The notes under the pieces were generated by a model. The model was not told the origin of the DNA. It ran no database searches and saw only the letters and a list, made by a program, of their open reading frames with translations. DNA of 15,211 bases, from the NCBI GenBank assembly GCA_038534095.1, contig JBCAXK010000038.1:1-15211 (forward strand), in the 5' to 3' direction. How positions within the stretch are numbered: the stretch's first letter is position 1; every line of letters begins with the position of its first letter. Source of the DNA: Chlamydiota bacterium. Lineage in GTDB: Bacteria > Chlamydiota > Chlamydiia > Chlamydiales > SM23-39. Positions 1 through 8,015 of this stretch are shown one piece after another. A program made the translations under genes and the position numbers.

Positions 1-86
1 AGGAAAAAAAAGTATAAAGCGAACCCAAAACCGCTTCTGTATGAATGGAAATCACCTTGAAGAAGTTTTTTGCAAGGGAATTTAAA

Positions 87-1605
87 TGCGATCGCCCTGC
101 AGGAAACGGTAGATCAGTTGATTCCTTCTGATCCTCAGATGGCCATGAGCTTGGGTGAATGCCTAAAATTGATGGTACTCAATAGAACTTGGGTTTACGT
201 CTAGACCGCTTTATTTAGAAGCACAATTTTTTGCAAGTAGATCAGTAAACAAGCTATTAGGGAGAGATTGTGGCCAAGTGATCAATGACTACCGTTTGGG
301 CAGAGCCTTAGATCGTTTTTACGATTTTGGCTGCGATCAGCTGTTTGCTGCGTTAGCAGGAAAAGCAGCAATTCGTTACGAAATTTCACAAAAATTCCGC
401 CACTTAGATTTGGGCAAGCATGCATGTGCATGGAGAGTATGAGAGTGAAGAAGATACACCGCTCATTACCTTTGCTTACTCAAAAGATCAAAGATCAGAC
501 CTCAAGCAGTTTATGATCTATCTCATGAACAGCCAAGATGGGGATGTTCCCCTCTTGGCGCAGACAGGTGCTGGCAACAGTTCTGATAAAAAATTGTTTC
601 GAGAGAATTTACAAGCCTTAAAAAAAGAGATTGAACAAGGAGAAGAAGGGTATTTCATCGCTGATTCTGCTCTTTACACAAAAGAAACAATTGGAGATCT
701 CTCTTCCCATTTGAAATGGATTACCCGTGTTACCGAAACAAATAGAGAAGCAAAAGCCCTTTTGAATAGCTCCTTAGAGATGGTTCCATTAGAAGAGGGA
801 TACTCTGGCATAGAAATAACGTCTCAATACGGAGAGACTCCTCAAAGGTGGCTAGTGGTAGATTCTGCGAAAGCAAAAGAGAAAACTTTGCGTAACCGGA
901 TCAACAAAGAATACGTAACGCAATCTAAAGAGGGGAAAAAATTCCAAAAGCAACAATTTTCCTGTGAAGAGGATGCGAAAAGAGTCTTACAGGAGTGGTC
1001 AAAAAAGTTGCGTTACCACCAACTAATAGATACAGAAATCTTGATCAAAAAGTCCAAAAAAGGGAGAGGAAGACACAGTGGAAGTAAGCTACCATCTACA
1101 AGCAAGAATTGTTGAAGACAAAGGAAAAATAGAGGAGAAAAGCGCTTTTTTAGGCAGATTTATCATCGCTACAAACGAGTTAAACGCAGAGAAATTATCG
1201 AGCCAGGAAATGTTGGCCAACTACAAGGAACAGAAGTGTGTGGAAAGAGGGTTTCGATTTTTAAAAGACTCATCGTTCATGACCTCGTCCTTCTTTTTAA
1301 AAAAGCAGGAAAGGATCATAGCGCTTGGTATGGTGATGTGCCTTTGTCTTCTTGTGTATACGATTGCCCAACGTCAAATTCGCAAGAGGTTGAAAGAAAC
1401 AGGTAAAACAGTACCGAGCCAAACGGGAAAACCTACACAAAAACCGAGTTTGAAATGGATTTTCCAGATCTTTGAGGGAGTTCATGTTCTACTCAAAAAA
1501 ACCAATGTCCAGAGGATTGAGATTGTATTGAACCTCAAACCTGTTCATTTTTATATACTTGCGACACTAGGGTCTTCTCTTGAAAAAATTTACGCTTCAA
1601 CATAA
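87..1605 (+). pseudogene. IS1634-family (IS4-like DDE) transposase, 5'-truncated and frameshifted
   Basis: Homology spans four frame segments. 97-183: LQETVDQLIP..SLGECLKLMVLN. 188-409: LGFTSRPLYL..FF..LLG..INDYRLGRALDRFY..RHLD. 420-~1072: MHVHGEY..FAYSKDQRSDLKQ..GNSSDK..FIADSALY..WITRV..QRWLVV. 1078-1605: GRFIIATN..YKEQKCVERGFRFLK..FFLKKQERIIAL..VPSQTGKPTQKPSLKWIFQIFEG. Frameshifts are near 185, 412 and 1075. The DDE residues (HLD, ADS, VER) are visible. The usual N-terminal ~20 aa are absent. Confidence 0.9.
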
Positions 1606-1623
1606 AAGGGTGCGGAATGTGGG
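87..1623 (+). mobile_element. Decayed IS1634-family element; right end retained, left end missing
   Basis: The transposase remnant is followed by TGCGGAATGTGGG (1611-1623), which resembles IS1634-family right termini from memory. No complementary CCCACATTCCGCA is present at the left. ATTTAAA flanks both sides (80-86 and 1624-1630). Confidence 0.7.
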
Positions 1624-1688
1624 ATTTAAAGCCTTAGCTGAACATTTAAACATCATCAGAGAAGCAGAACCCCTACACAAGATCAGAG

Positions 1689-1711
1689 TTCCGCAGCAAC
1701 TTGCTGCGGAA
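1689..1711. repeat. Perfect 11-bp inverted repeat with a 1-nt centre
   Basis: TTCCGCAGCAA-C-TTGCTGCGGAA, read directly. There is no adjacent T-tract on either strand. Confidence 0.85.
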
Positions 1712-1734
1712 TTAGGCAAGATATCTGTGTGATT

Positions 1735-1967
1735 TGTCCTAGACAAGACTTGACCGTGCAGTCATCCGCTATCTGACGCTTGGATCTGTCAGGGTCGTTT
1801 TGTCCAACATTTTAGCTTGTGCGAGTGGTTTGGACTCTTCAAAAGCCTGCATGGGGGTTTTTCCATAACAATACCTCCCGCTATGAGGACGCTCTTCATT
1901 ATACTCTTCGATCCATTTATCCACATCCTCTTGCAATTCTTTTATGCTGGAGTAAACTTTCTTCCTA
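1735..1967 (-). mobile_element. IS481-family remnant (3' end of transposase plus terminal repeat)
   Basis: The transposase C-terminus is followed on the minus strand by ...GTCAAGTCTTGTCTAGGACA (1754-1735), ending in the ACA typical of IS481 (TGT...ACA) termini. Homology begins abruptly at about 1967. Confidence 0.75.
1769..1967 (-). pseudogene. IS481-family transposase, C-terminal fragment
   Basis: RKKVYSSIKELQEDVDKWIEEYNEERPHSGRYCYGKTPMQAF matches the integrase-core C-terminal YN..RPH..GKTP signature of IS481 transposases. The catalytic D-D-E region is missing. Confidence 0.85.
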
Positions 1968-2007
1968 TTCGATGATTTGTCATTTTTATAAATCATTCCT
2001 AACACTA

Positions 2008-2319
2008 TCACTTTTTCTCTATTCTTAATATCTCTCCATCAGCTATTTCTTTTCCTTCGAGCAAGGTTATTTTTTTTCCTACAGATAGACTTGGTAATGC
2101 TAGATCAATATTTAAAAAATTTACTGGGATCTCATAATATTTTCCTAATTCTATCTCATTATCTCCAATTAATAGTCGGCAATCATAGACTTTATCATCA
2201 ACGATTAATGGGCATGCATAAAAGTCTGTTCCGAGAGGAGACTTACGCCTTACGGGCGTTTTGCGCCCTCCTTCTGCAGTTGTTTTGAATCTCACTTTGA
2301 TGTAGATATCAGGCTCCAT
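2008..2319 (-). CDS. Putative Rhs immunity protein; stand-alone EF-Tu domain III-like beta-barrel (103 aa)
   Basis: It lies 10 nt after the toxin stop with an AGGAG RBS. IKVRFKTTAEGGRKTP matches EF-Tu SEVYILSKDEGGRHTP, IELGKYYEIPVNFL matches VMPGDNIKMVVTLI, and LSVGKKITLLEG-KEIADGEILRI matches [24 protein letters not shown]. There is no GTPase domain or domain II. Immunity function is inferred from gene position. Confidence 0.8.
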   Translation of the reverse strand: MEPDIYIKVRFKTTAEGGRKTPVRRKSPLGTDFYACPLIVDDKVYDCRLLIGDNEIELGKYYEIPVNFLNIDLALPSLSVGKKITLLEGKEIADGEILRIEKK

Positions 2320-2325
2320 TTAAAT

Positions 2326-2330
2326 CTCCT
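2326..2330 (-). promoter_or_regulatory. Shine-Dalgarno site overlapping the toxin stop codon (translational coupling)
   Basis: The minus strand reads AAA-TAAGGAGATTTAA-ATG: the toxin TAA overlaps AGGAG, 6 nt before the ATG at 2319. Confidence 0.75.
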
Positions 2331-3151
2331 TATTTGGGGACTACCATCCAATGTAAAACTTCTGGAATTAGTCCTTCCAATTGTTGGTCAGAAATTACCC
2401 ACGCAGGGATCCCCCCATCAACGAGAGTAGATGCTCGATTAATAGCGCTGTTGGGGACTTGTGTTCTGATTAAGGTATAGGGAGGATCGCCAAATCCTTT
2501 TACAGCTTGTTTTGCATACGAAGATGCACCTTCAATGGAAGTTGTAAAATACTTCCCTTCTGCATTTCCTAAATTTCTAAAAATTTGTGTTCTTTTAATA
2601 TCGGAAAGTTCTTGCGGTTTTACAGCTCTATACATTGTTATATTTTTACTATTTTGACAGTTATACGGAGAAAAACTTGGAAAAGCTACAAGCTGTCTTG
2701 CACGAATAACCGCAATCCCTCCTATGCTTCCAACAATGCTTAATCCTCCATCAACTAAGCTTGCAGTTTGCGAAGACATTCCTGTCTTCTGCAAAAGTTG
2801 ATTAGTTACGCTATTTCTTGGATTTCCAGAAAATGCTGTTTGTAGGCCTGTGAAGAAGTGGTCTAGTCCATGAGTCATCACAAGCCCACTAACTGGAGCG
2901 AGGGCGCCAACACTTCCTAAGGCCATACTTCCGCCGATCACAGCTTCTGTAAGCCCTCCAAAGGCTTGTAGTCCTCCTTGAAAACGTGGATTGCTCCAAG
3001 TATCAACGGCAAAATCTGCGACGGCGACAACTACTCCAGACATTTTTGCACTGAATTCTCTTTGTCCACAGATACAAATACAGCCTGAAGGTCTATTGTA
3101 ATACCCCGGATGATCATGATTGGTACAACCACAATCTTCATCGATAGAAGC
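2330..3151 (-). other. Rhs C-terminal extension (273 aa): Cys/His-rich linker, Gly-rich hydrophobic region, ART-like domain
   Basis: It begins after the PxxxxDPxGL autoproteolysis motif (DPWGL at 3166-3152). The Cys/His motif is at 3133-3068 and the hydrophobic segment at ~3043-2680. The last ~105 aa read TMYRAV..E..DI..FR..EGKYFTTS..A..YA..VDGGIPAWVI. Confidence 0.75.
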
Positions 3152-6100
3152 AAGTCCCCAGGGGTCGTAGTATTTGAGTGGGTTGTTACGACAGAACAGG
3201 TAGAGGTTTAATGAATCATGAGATCCAATAGGATCTGGGCTGATCCATTTCTGGAGCTTAGGGCTGTAATAGCGAGCTCCATAGTAGATGAATCCTGTCT
3301 CATTATCCTGTCTTTTGCTTTGAAATCTCCATGGATTATTAAGCTGAGATTTCGTGACTTGTTTTCTGGAAGTAAAAATCTCCTCATTTCCAAATGCAGA
3401 AAAATTGTAACTCTCCACAATATTGCGTCTTTGAGGATGAACTAGGCAGCGAATATTTCTTTGAAGATCTGTAAAAGGGATATAAATCTCATTTTCAAGC
3501 TCGATGCTTAAAATAGCAGTGCCCTCCAATGAATTAGGATTGATTGGAATGCGAAGAGCTTTGATATTCCCTTGCTCGTCCATTGCTCCCAGTTCATAGC
3601 CACCCAAATAAAAGTAACGCTCAGTATCATTGTTATCGATTGATTTGCTCATGCGTCTAAGGTCGGGAGCATAAGTGTAATGAACAGTTTCTTCATCGGG
3701 AGTTTGAGCAATGACAAGCCTTCCAAGAGCATCAAATTTGAGCTCCAATGTCCCCGAAGAATCAGATAGGGATTTTAGATTTCTACCTTCGTCATATTCA
3801 CAAACAAGATCACCCCCTTTGATGACTTGATTGTAGGGAGAGGTGGTATAAGAGGCGCCATCCTTAAGAGTGAGATTTTGCATCGAATCGTAACTGTAGG
3901 AATGACTCTCCTCAGATAAGAGCTGTGACAGGGAGTCATAAGTAAACAACCTTTTGGTCTCTTCTTTCCCTTTCTGTGTGATTTTTTCAGTAGGATTGCC
4001 AAGGAGATCAAAGGTAACCTTGTCTGAGAAAAAATCGGTCACTATCTCTACTTTTCGCCCTTGTGAATCGTAAATGTTTCTTCTTGCCCCTAAGTTTTTT
4101 GGGAGGATTTCTCGAAGAACATTTCCCATCAGATCACGGTCTGTCACCTCATAGGTGTAGAGTTCTTCATTTTCTTTGGAAAGACGCTTAATTTTTGAGA
4201 CAAAAGGTCCTTCGTAGATGTAGTGGATTGAAGATTGATCTGGCAGGGTAATTTGTGTAAGACAGCTCTCCCCATCATATTTAAAGGAAACCCCATAGGA
4301 TCCCCACTTATCTTTCATTTTTTCAGTTAAAACCCTACCATGAGCATTATAAGTTTTTTCTAGAGTAGAACCGTTATCTTGAACGATTTTAGTGGTGTTT
4401 CCTTTCTGATCTGATGTGAACGTATAACGCTTGCCTTGTCCATTTGGAGTTTCTTGGTAGGTAATACGGCCTAAATTGCCTTGTCGATCATACGTGTACT
4501 CAACATCCTTTTCAAAAGAAGGGATATTGCTGCGCGTGAGTTCACCATACGTGTTATAAACAAAGTAACGTTGAAGGGCTTCTTGTTTTTCATCGCTCTT
4601 CCAAAAAGAGCTTGGGGTGTTATGGATAAGGGAGATCGATTGACATAAAGCACCTGGAGCAGGTGTATAGGAAATTTGAAAATTTGCGGCTATTTCCTTG
4701 ATGAGATTATTTAAAGGATCGTAGGTAAATCGCTCATCAAGGATAGGGGAGTATTTAGGGTCTTTTTGAATGCGGGATAGCAAGAGCCCTTTATTATTAT
4801 AGGATTCTTCTGTAACAGATCCTGCTGGGTTTCTGATCGTTTTTTTAAGTATGCCTGGAGTTTCTTCATGGGAAATATCCCAAATACTACTTCCTTTTTT
4901 TACTTGAGAGATGCGCTGGAAAGGATCGTACGAATACTCTGCTAAAACTGTCTCTTGATTATTAGGAAAACTAATTTCAGATAGAAGTTGTCCGGAGGGT
5001 GTATAGGTAAATTGTTTTTTATAAAGTAGCTTTTCTTGTTCATTTTCTATGCTCTCCTCAATAACTCGTCCTAAAGGATCGTATTTTTTGGCATAGAGGG
5101 TATAACGGGTTTTATCTTTCCACTTTTTGGTTTTTATTAGACGCTCCCCAGCGTCATAAGCAAAATCAGCAACTTCTCCATTTTCAATCTTGGATATTCC
5201 GGTTGACCACCAGACGGTTGAATCGTTTTGTGCAAAGATGGATTGAGCGAGCCTCCCTTTGCTATTATAGATATATTTAATTTCTCCATTAGAGGTGCTT
5301 TCTGAAAGAAGATGGAAGGCATCGTAATAGTAGTAATCGGTTTTATATTTTTCGTTTGATTCCCGTTCATAATAGTTGATTTTTGATTTCCTCCCTAAAT
5401 AATCATACTCAAAAGTTTTTCTAATGCCCTGCGGCAGTATCTGATGATAAAGGCTTCCTTCTAAGCTATAGACAAATGACTCTTCTTTCCCATCAGATGC
5501 GATATGTGTAGGCTTACCTCGCGTATTGTATTCAATTACAGTGGTATTATTTAAGGGATCTGTGATTGTTATTGGGTGATCAAGAAGGTTGTAAGAGTAG
5601 GTCCATGTTACATTTTCGGACGTTTGCTCTGCTTTTGTAGTTGTTTTTTGGATGAGTCGTCCTAAAGAATCAAAATGAAACTCTGTTCTATTGCCTAATG
5701 CATCAATTTCCTCAGTTTTTCTGCCCATTGCATCAAAAGCAAACACAGTGTGTTGGGCAGGACAATTCTCTCCATTACGGACGACCCCAATCAAGTTGTT
5801 TTGTAGATCATATTTGTATTGGATAGTCAGGTCTAGTGTTGTTTCTTGGATCAGGTTTCCTCTTGAGTCATAGGCATAGGTGAATTGATTGCCAAAGGAA
5901 TCTTTTTGATAGGTTAGCCTTCCACTACTATCGTAGTTTTTTTCTACGCTGTATAAATAGCTATCTTCCCCATCATAGACATCTTGTTTTATGATAAGGC
6001 CGTGTTCATCAAAATGATTAACGGTCTTTTTTAGGAGGAGTTCACTTTTAGACTTAGGATCAAAGGCTCTCTCTTGAACGATTTCAGGAGCTCCCATATT

Positions 6101-7744
6101 GGGGAATTCTTGTTTTGTAGTGATCACTGTAATGAATTTTTGGCGGACATAATCAGGGTCGTTTATATCACGAGTATTTCCATTATCGGTCGTGATACGT
6201 ATTAAAGCCCCATCTTCGTTATAGTCATAGAAAACTCGCCTTTTGGCTACTTTTTTTTGATGGATTTCTTTCCTTTTTAAAATGGCCGTTCCAGGCATAT
6301 AGGCAAAAAGAGTACCATGTCCCTGTTCATTGATTTGAGAAACGATGTGTTCGTTTGCAATTTTTTTATAGGAGTATTTTTTTGAAAGACATTCATGGGT
6401 GCTGTCAGGGAGTCCTTTTTTATTGAAAGTAATAGGTTCTGGATTTTGCCCAGTCAGGTTTCCATACTCATTTTCCTCGAGTATACCTCCCTCTTGATCG
6501 TAGGAAAACGTTTTACAATATAAGGTGTTTTCAGAGCTGTCTTCAATAGAAAATGAGAGGAGGTTTCCTTGATCCTTTCTTTCTCCCCATTGTTTCTTCC
6601 GAATTCTATAAGGAGCATTATCGAGGGTTTCTTCAACAGCAATAAGGCGATTGTCTTCATCGTAATAATAGAGAGTCTTTTGATCCAAAGGACCTTGAAC
6701 CTCTGTGACACTTTTGCCATACGTAAAGGAAGTAGTACTTACTCCTCTCTCTTGAAGAGGTTCTGAAAGGGTGGTGACTCGATAGGGAGAAGCTCTTTCG
6801 TAGTCTATTTCGATATAACGTCCACCAGGAAGTTCCTTTCGCGTGAGAAATGCTTTCTTATTCTCTACTTGATACTGGTAGCTTTGTGCAGGGATTGATG
6901 AACTTTTTACTTCAGTGAGAAGGAGAGTTTCGGAAACATCTTTTTCAAAGTAGTATTGAGCAGTGGAGCCATCACTTGCTGTTGCTATGACAGACGAGCC
7001 ATATTCGAAGGTAACACAGCTAATGGGTTTACTTCCCGAGCAACTACTCATTTTTATGAGCTTAACACGATGTGTTTGATCATACTCATAGGTGATCTGA
7101 TTTCCTGAAGGAAGCATTTCTGCATTTAAAAGAAAGTGACCTGTGCTAGAGCCCTGGACATAGATTCTTTTGCCTCCTGAACTTAAGTGAAGCTCAAATG
7201 CTTTGCTCTTTGGTTCATAATAGAGGACATGGTTTTTGATATTTGTCCAAGAAGAGGGACTTCCTTTAGCGGTATTACATATGCCAACTTCATCTTCTTC
7301 AAGATTGACAAAAAATTTTGATCGAATGTCAGGATTTTCCCAATTTTGAAAGCCGGAAAATTTGAGCAAACTTCCTTCTGGCGTTCCAACATAAATGTCT
7401 AAGCATTCAAAGATGCCTTGAGGAGTTTGGTAGCCATTGCGATCGGGATTAGGGCAGATTAAGAAGAAGGTCTGAGGTTGAAAGCGCCATCCTCCAAATT
7501 TTGCGATGTTTAAGCGATCTTTGCTCGTATAGAATCTCGATATGATAAGAGGATCAGGCCCGGGAATACAAAGATCAACCTCTAGTTCTGAGTAGTCTCC
7601 ATGGATAGTGCTGACATTCTGGACAAGGCTCTCTGGGTCTCCTTCTCGAGATCCTACGAAAACGGTGTTAAAAGATTGCTCTGAGAATGCGTGCTGGAAG
7701 CCAAAAAAACTAACAACAATTCCAAGCAAATAACGCATCATCAT
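2330..7744 (-). CDS. rhs: Rhs/YD-repeat polymorphic toxin: signal peptide, DUF6531-like N-domain, YD repeats, Rhs core, C-terminal toxin
   Basis: The ORF is open to 7792, but the likely start is the MMM at 7744/7741/7738 (MMMRYLLGIVVSFFGFQHAFS-E, Sec-like signal). It has a DUF6531-like segment (VSTIHGDY..VDLCIPGPDPLIISRFYTS..FGGW) and many YD repeats (YDSSGRL, YDSRGNL, YDPLGRV, YDRQGNL). The core reads NPWRFQSKRQDNETGFIYYGARYYSPKLQKWISPDPIG..NLYLFCRNNPLKYYDPWGL. Confidence 0.95.
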   Translation of the reverse strand: MMMRYLLGIVVSFFGFQHAFSEQSFNTVFVGSREGDPESLVQNVSTIHGDYSELEVDLCIPGPDPLIISRFYTSKDRLNIAKFGGWRFQPQTFFLICPNPDRNGYQTPQGIFECLDIYVGTPEGSLLKFSGFQNWENPDIRSKFFVNLEEDEVGICNTAKGSPSSWTNIKNHVLYYEPKSKAFELHLSSGGKRIYVQGSSTGHFLLNAEMLPSGNQITYEYDQTHRVKLIKMSSCSGSKPISCVTFEYGSSVIATASDGSTAQYYFEKDVSETLLLTEVKSSSIPAQSYQYQVENKKAFLTRKELPGGRYIEIDYERASPYRVTTLSEPLQERGVSTTSFTYGKSVTEVQGPLDQKTLYYYDEDNRLIAVEETLDNAPYRIRKKQWGERKDQGNLLSFSIEDSSENTLYCKTFSYDQEGGILEENEYGNLTGQNPEPITFNKKGLPDSTHECLSKKYSYKKIANEHIVSQINEQGHGTLFAYMPGTAILKRKEIHQKKVAKRRVFYDYNEDGALIRITTDNGNTRDINDPDYVRQKFITVITTKQEFPNMGAPEIVQERAFDPKSKSELLLKKTVNHFDEHGLIIKQDVYDGEDSYLYSVEKNYDSSGRLTYQKDSFGNQFTYAYDSRGNLIQETTLDLTIQYKYDLQNNLIGVVRNGENCPAQHTVFAFDAMGRKTEEIDALGNRTEFHFDSLGRLIQKTTTKAEQTSENVTWTYSYNLLDHPITITDPLNNTTVIEYNTRGKPTHIASDGKEESFVYSLEGSLYHQILPQGIRKTFEYDYLGRKSKINYYERESNEKYKTDYYYYDAFHLLSESTSNGEIKYIYNSKGRLAQSIFAQNDSTVWWSTGISKIENGEVADFAYDAGERLIKTKKWKDKTRYTLYAKKYDPLGRVIEESIENEQEKLLYKKQFTYTPSGQLLSEISFPNNQETVLAEYSYDPFQRISQVKKGSSIWDISHEETPGILKKTIRNPAGSVTEESYNNKGLLLSRIQKDPKYSPILDERFTYDPLNNLIKEIAANFQISYTPAPGALCQSISLIHNTPSSFWKSDEKQEALQRYFVYNTYGELTRSNIPSFEKDVEYTYDRQGNLGRITYQETPNGQGKRYTFTSDQKGNTTKIVQDNGSTLEKTYNAHGRVLTEKMKDKWGSYGVSFKYDGESCLTQITLPDQSSIHYIYEGPFVSKIKRLSKENEELYTYEVTDRDLMGNVLREILPKNLGARRNIYDSQGRKVEIVTDFFSDKVTFDLLGNPTEKITQKGKEETKRLFTYDSLSQLLSEESHSYSYDSMQNLTLKDGASYTTSPYNQVIKGGDLVCEYDEGRNLKSLSDSSGTLELKFDALGRLVIAQTPDEETVHYTYAPDLRRMSKSIDNNDTERYFYLGGYELGAMDEQGNIKALRIPINPNSLEGTAILSIELENEIYIPFTDLQRNIRCLVHPQRRNIVESYNFSAFGNEEIFTSRKQVTKSQLNNPWRFQSKRQDNETGFIYYGARYYSPKLQKWISPDPIGSHDSLNLYLFCRNNPLKYYDPWGLASIDEDCGCTNHDHPGYYNRPSGCICICGQREFSAKMSGVVVAVADFAVDTWSNPRFQGGLQAFGGLTEAVIGGSMALGSVGALAPVSGLVMTHGLDHFFTGLQTAFSGNPRNSVTNQLLQKTGMSSQTASLVDGGLSIVGSIGGIAVIRARQLVAFPSFSPYNCQNSKNITMYRAVKPQELSDIKRTQIFRNLGNAEGKYFTTSIEGASSYAKQAVKGFGDPPYTLIRTQVPNSAINRASTLVDGGIPAWVISDQQLEGLIPEVLHWMVVPK

Positions 7745-8015
7745 CTCACTACGTCCGCAAGCCAAGTCACAAATTTTGAAGTATTGAATCATAAATCAAA
7801 TAGTCTTACTTAGTGAAGAAAAAAATGCCTTTCCGAAGAAAGGGTACGAGGCTCTTGAAATAGAGAAATGTGCTGAGATTGCCGAATTGTCCGAAAGCTG
7901 TGCGACTTTTTGCCTCTCAATCGATAAAAAGTTCAGTAGCTTGCTAGACAATTTCCCTTCTAAACGTGAATTCGACGTAAGACAAGCCTTTGAAAGTTAA
8001 AAATTTATTGAAAAG

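Noticed and set aside
1..60. Open frame RKKKYKANPKPLLYEWKSP* entering from the window edge
   Set aside because: It could be the tail of an upstream gene or transposase but is too short to assign.
420..1605. Two separate transposase genes or a programmed frameshift
   Set aside because: IS1634 transposases are single ORFs. Further frameshifts upstream and the 5' truncation indicate decay.
1968..2011. N-terminal 15 aa of ORF 1769..2011 as a real third operon gene
   Set aside because: It looks like a chance in-frame fusion of spacer DNA to the IS481 fragment. No homology was recognised.
2008..2319. Truncated tuf pseudogene
   Set aside because: It has its own RBS, start and stop, is far more diverged than any real EF-Tu, and has no domain I/II remnants upstream.
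3500..7200. CRISPR array or DNA tandem repeats
   Set aside because: The periodicity is at protein level only (YD repeats). No conserved nucleotide repeat-spacer pattern was seen here or elsewhere in the window.
3208..7392. Short alternative-frame and antisense ORFs inside rhs
   Set aside because: They are shadow ORFs of a long coding gene with no recognisable motifs.
7788..8000. Stop-free plus-strand frame of about 70 codons
   Set aside because: It has no ATG or RBS, runs across the IS982 left end, and occupies the expected rhs promoter region.
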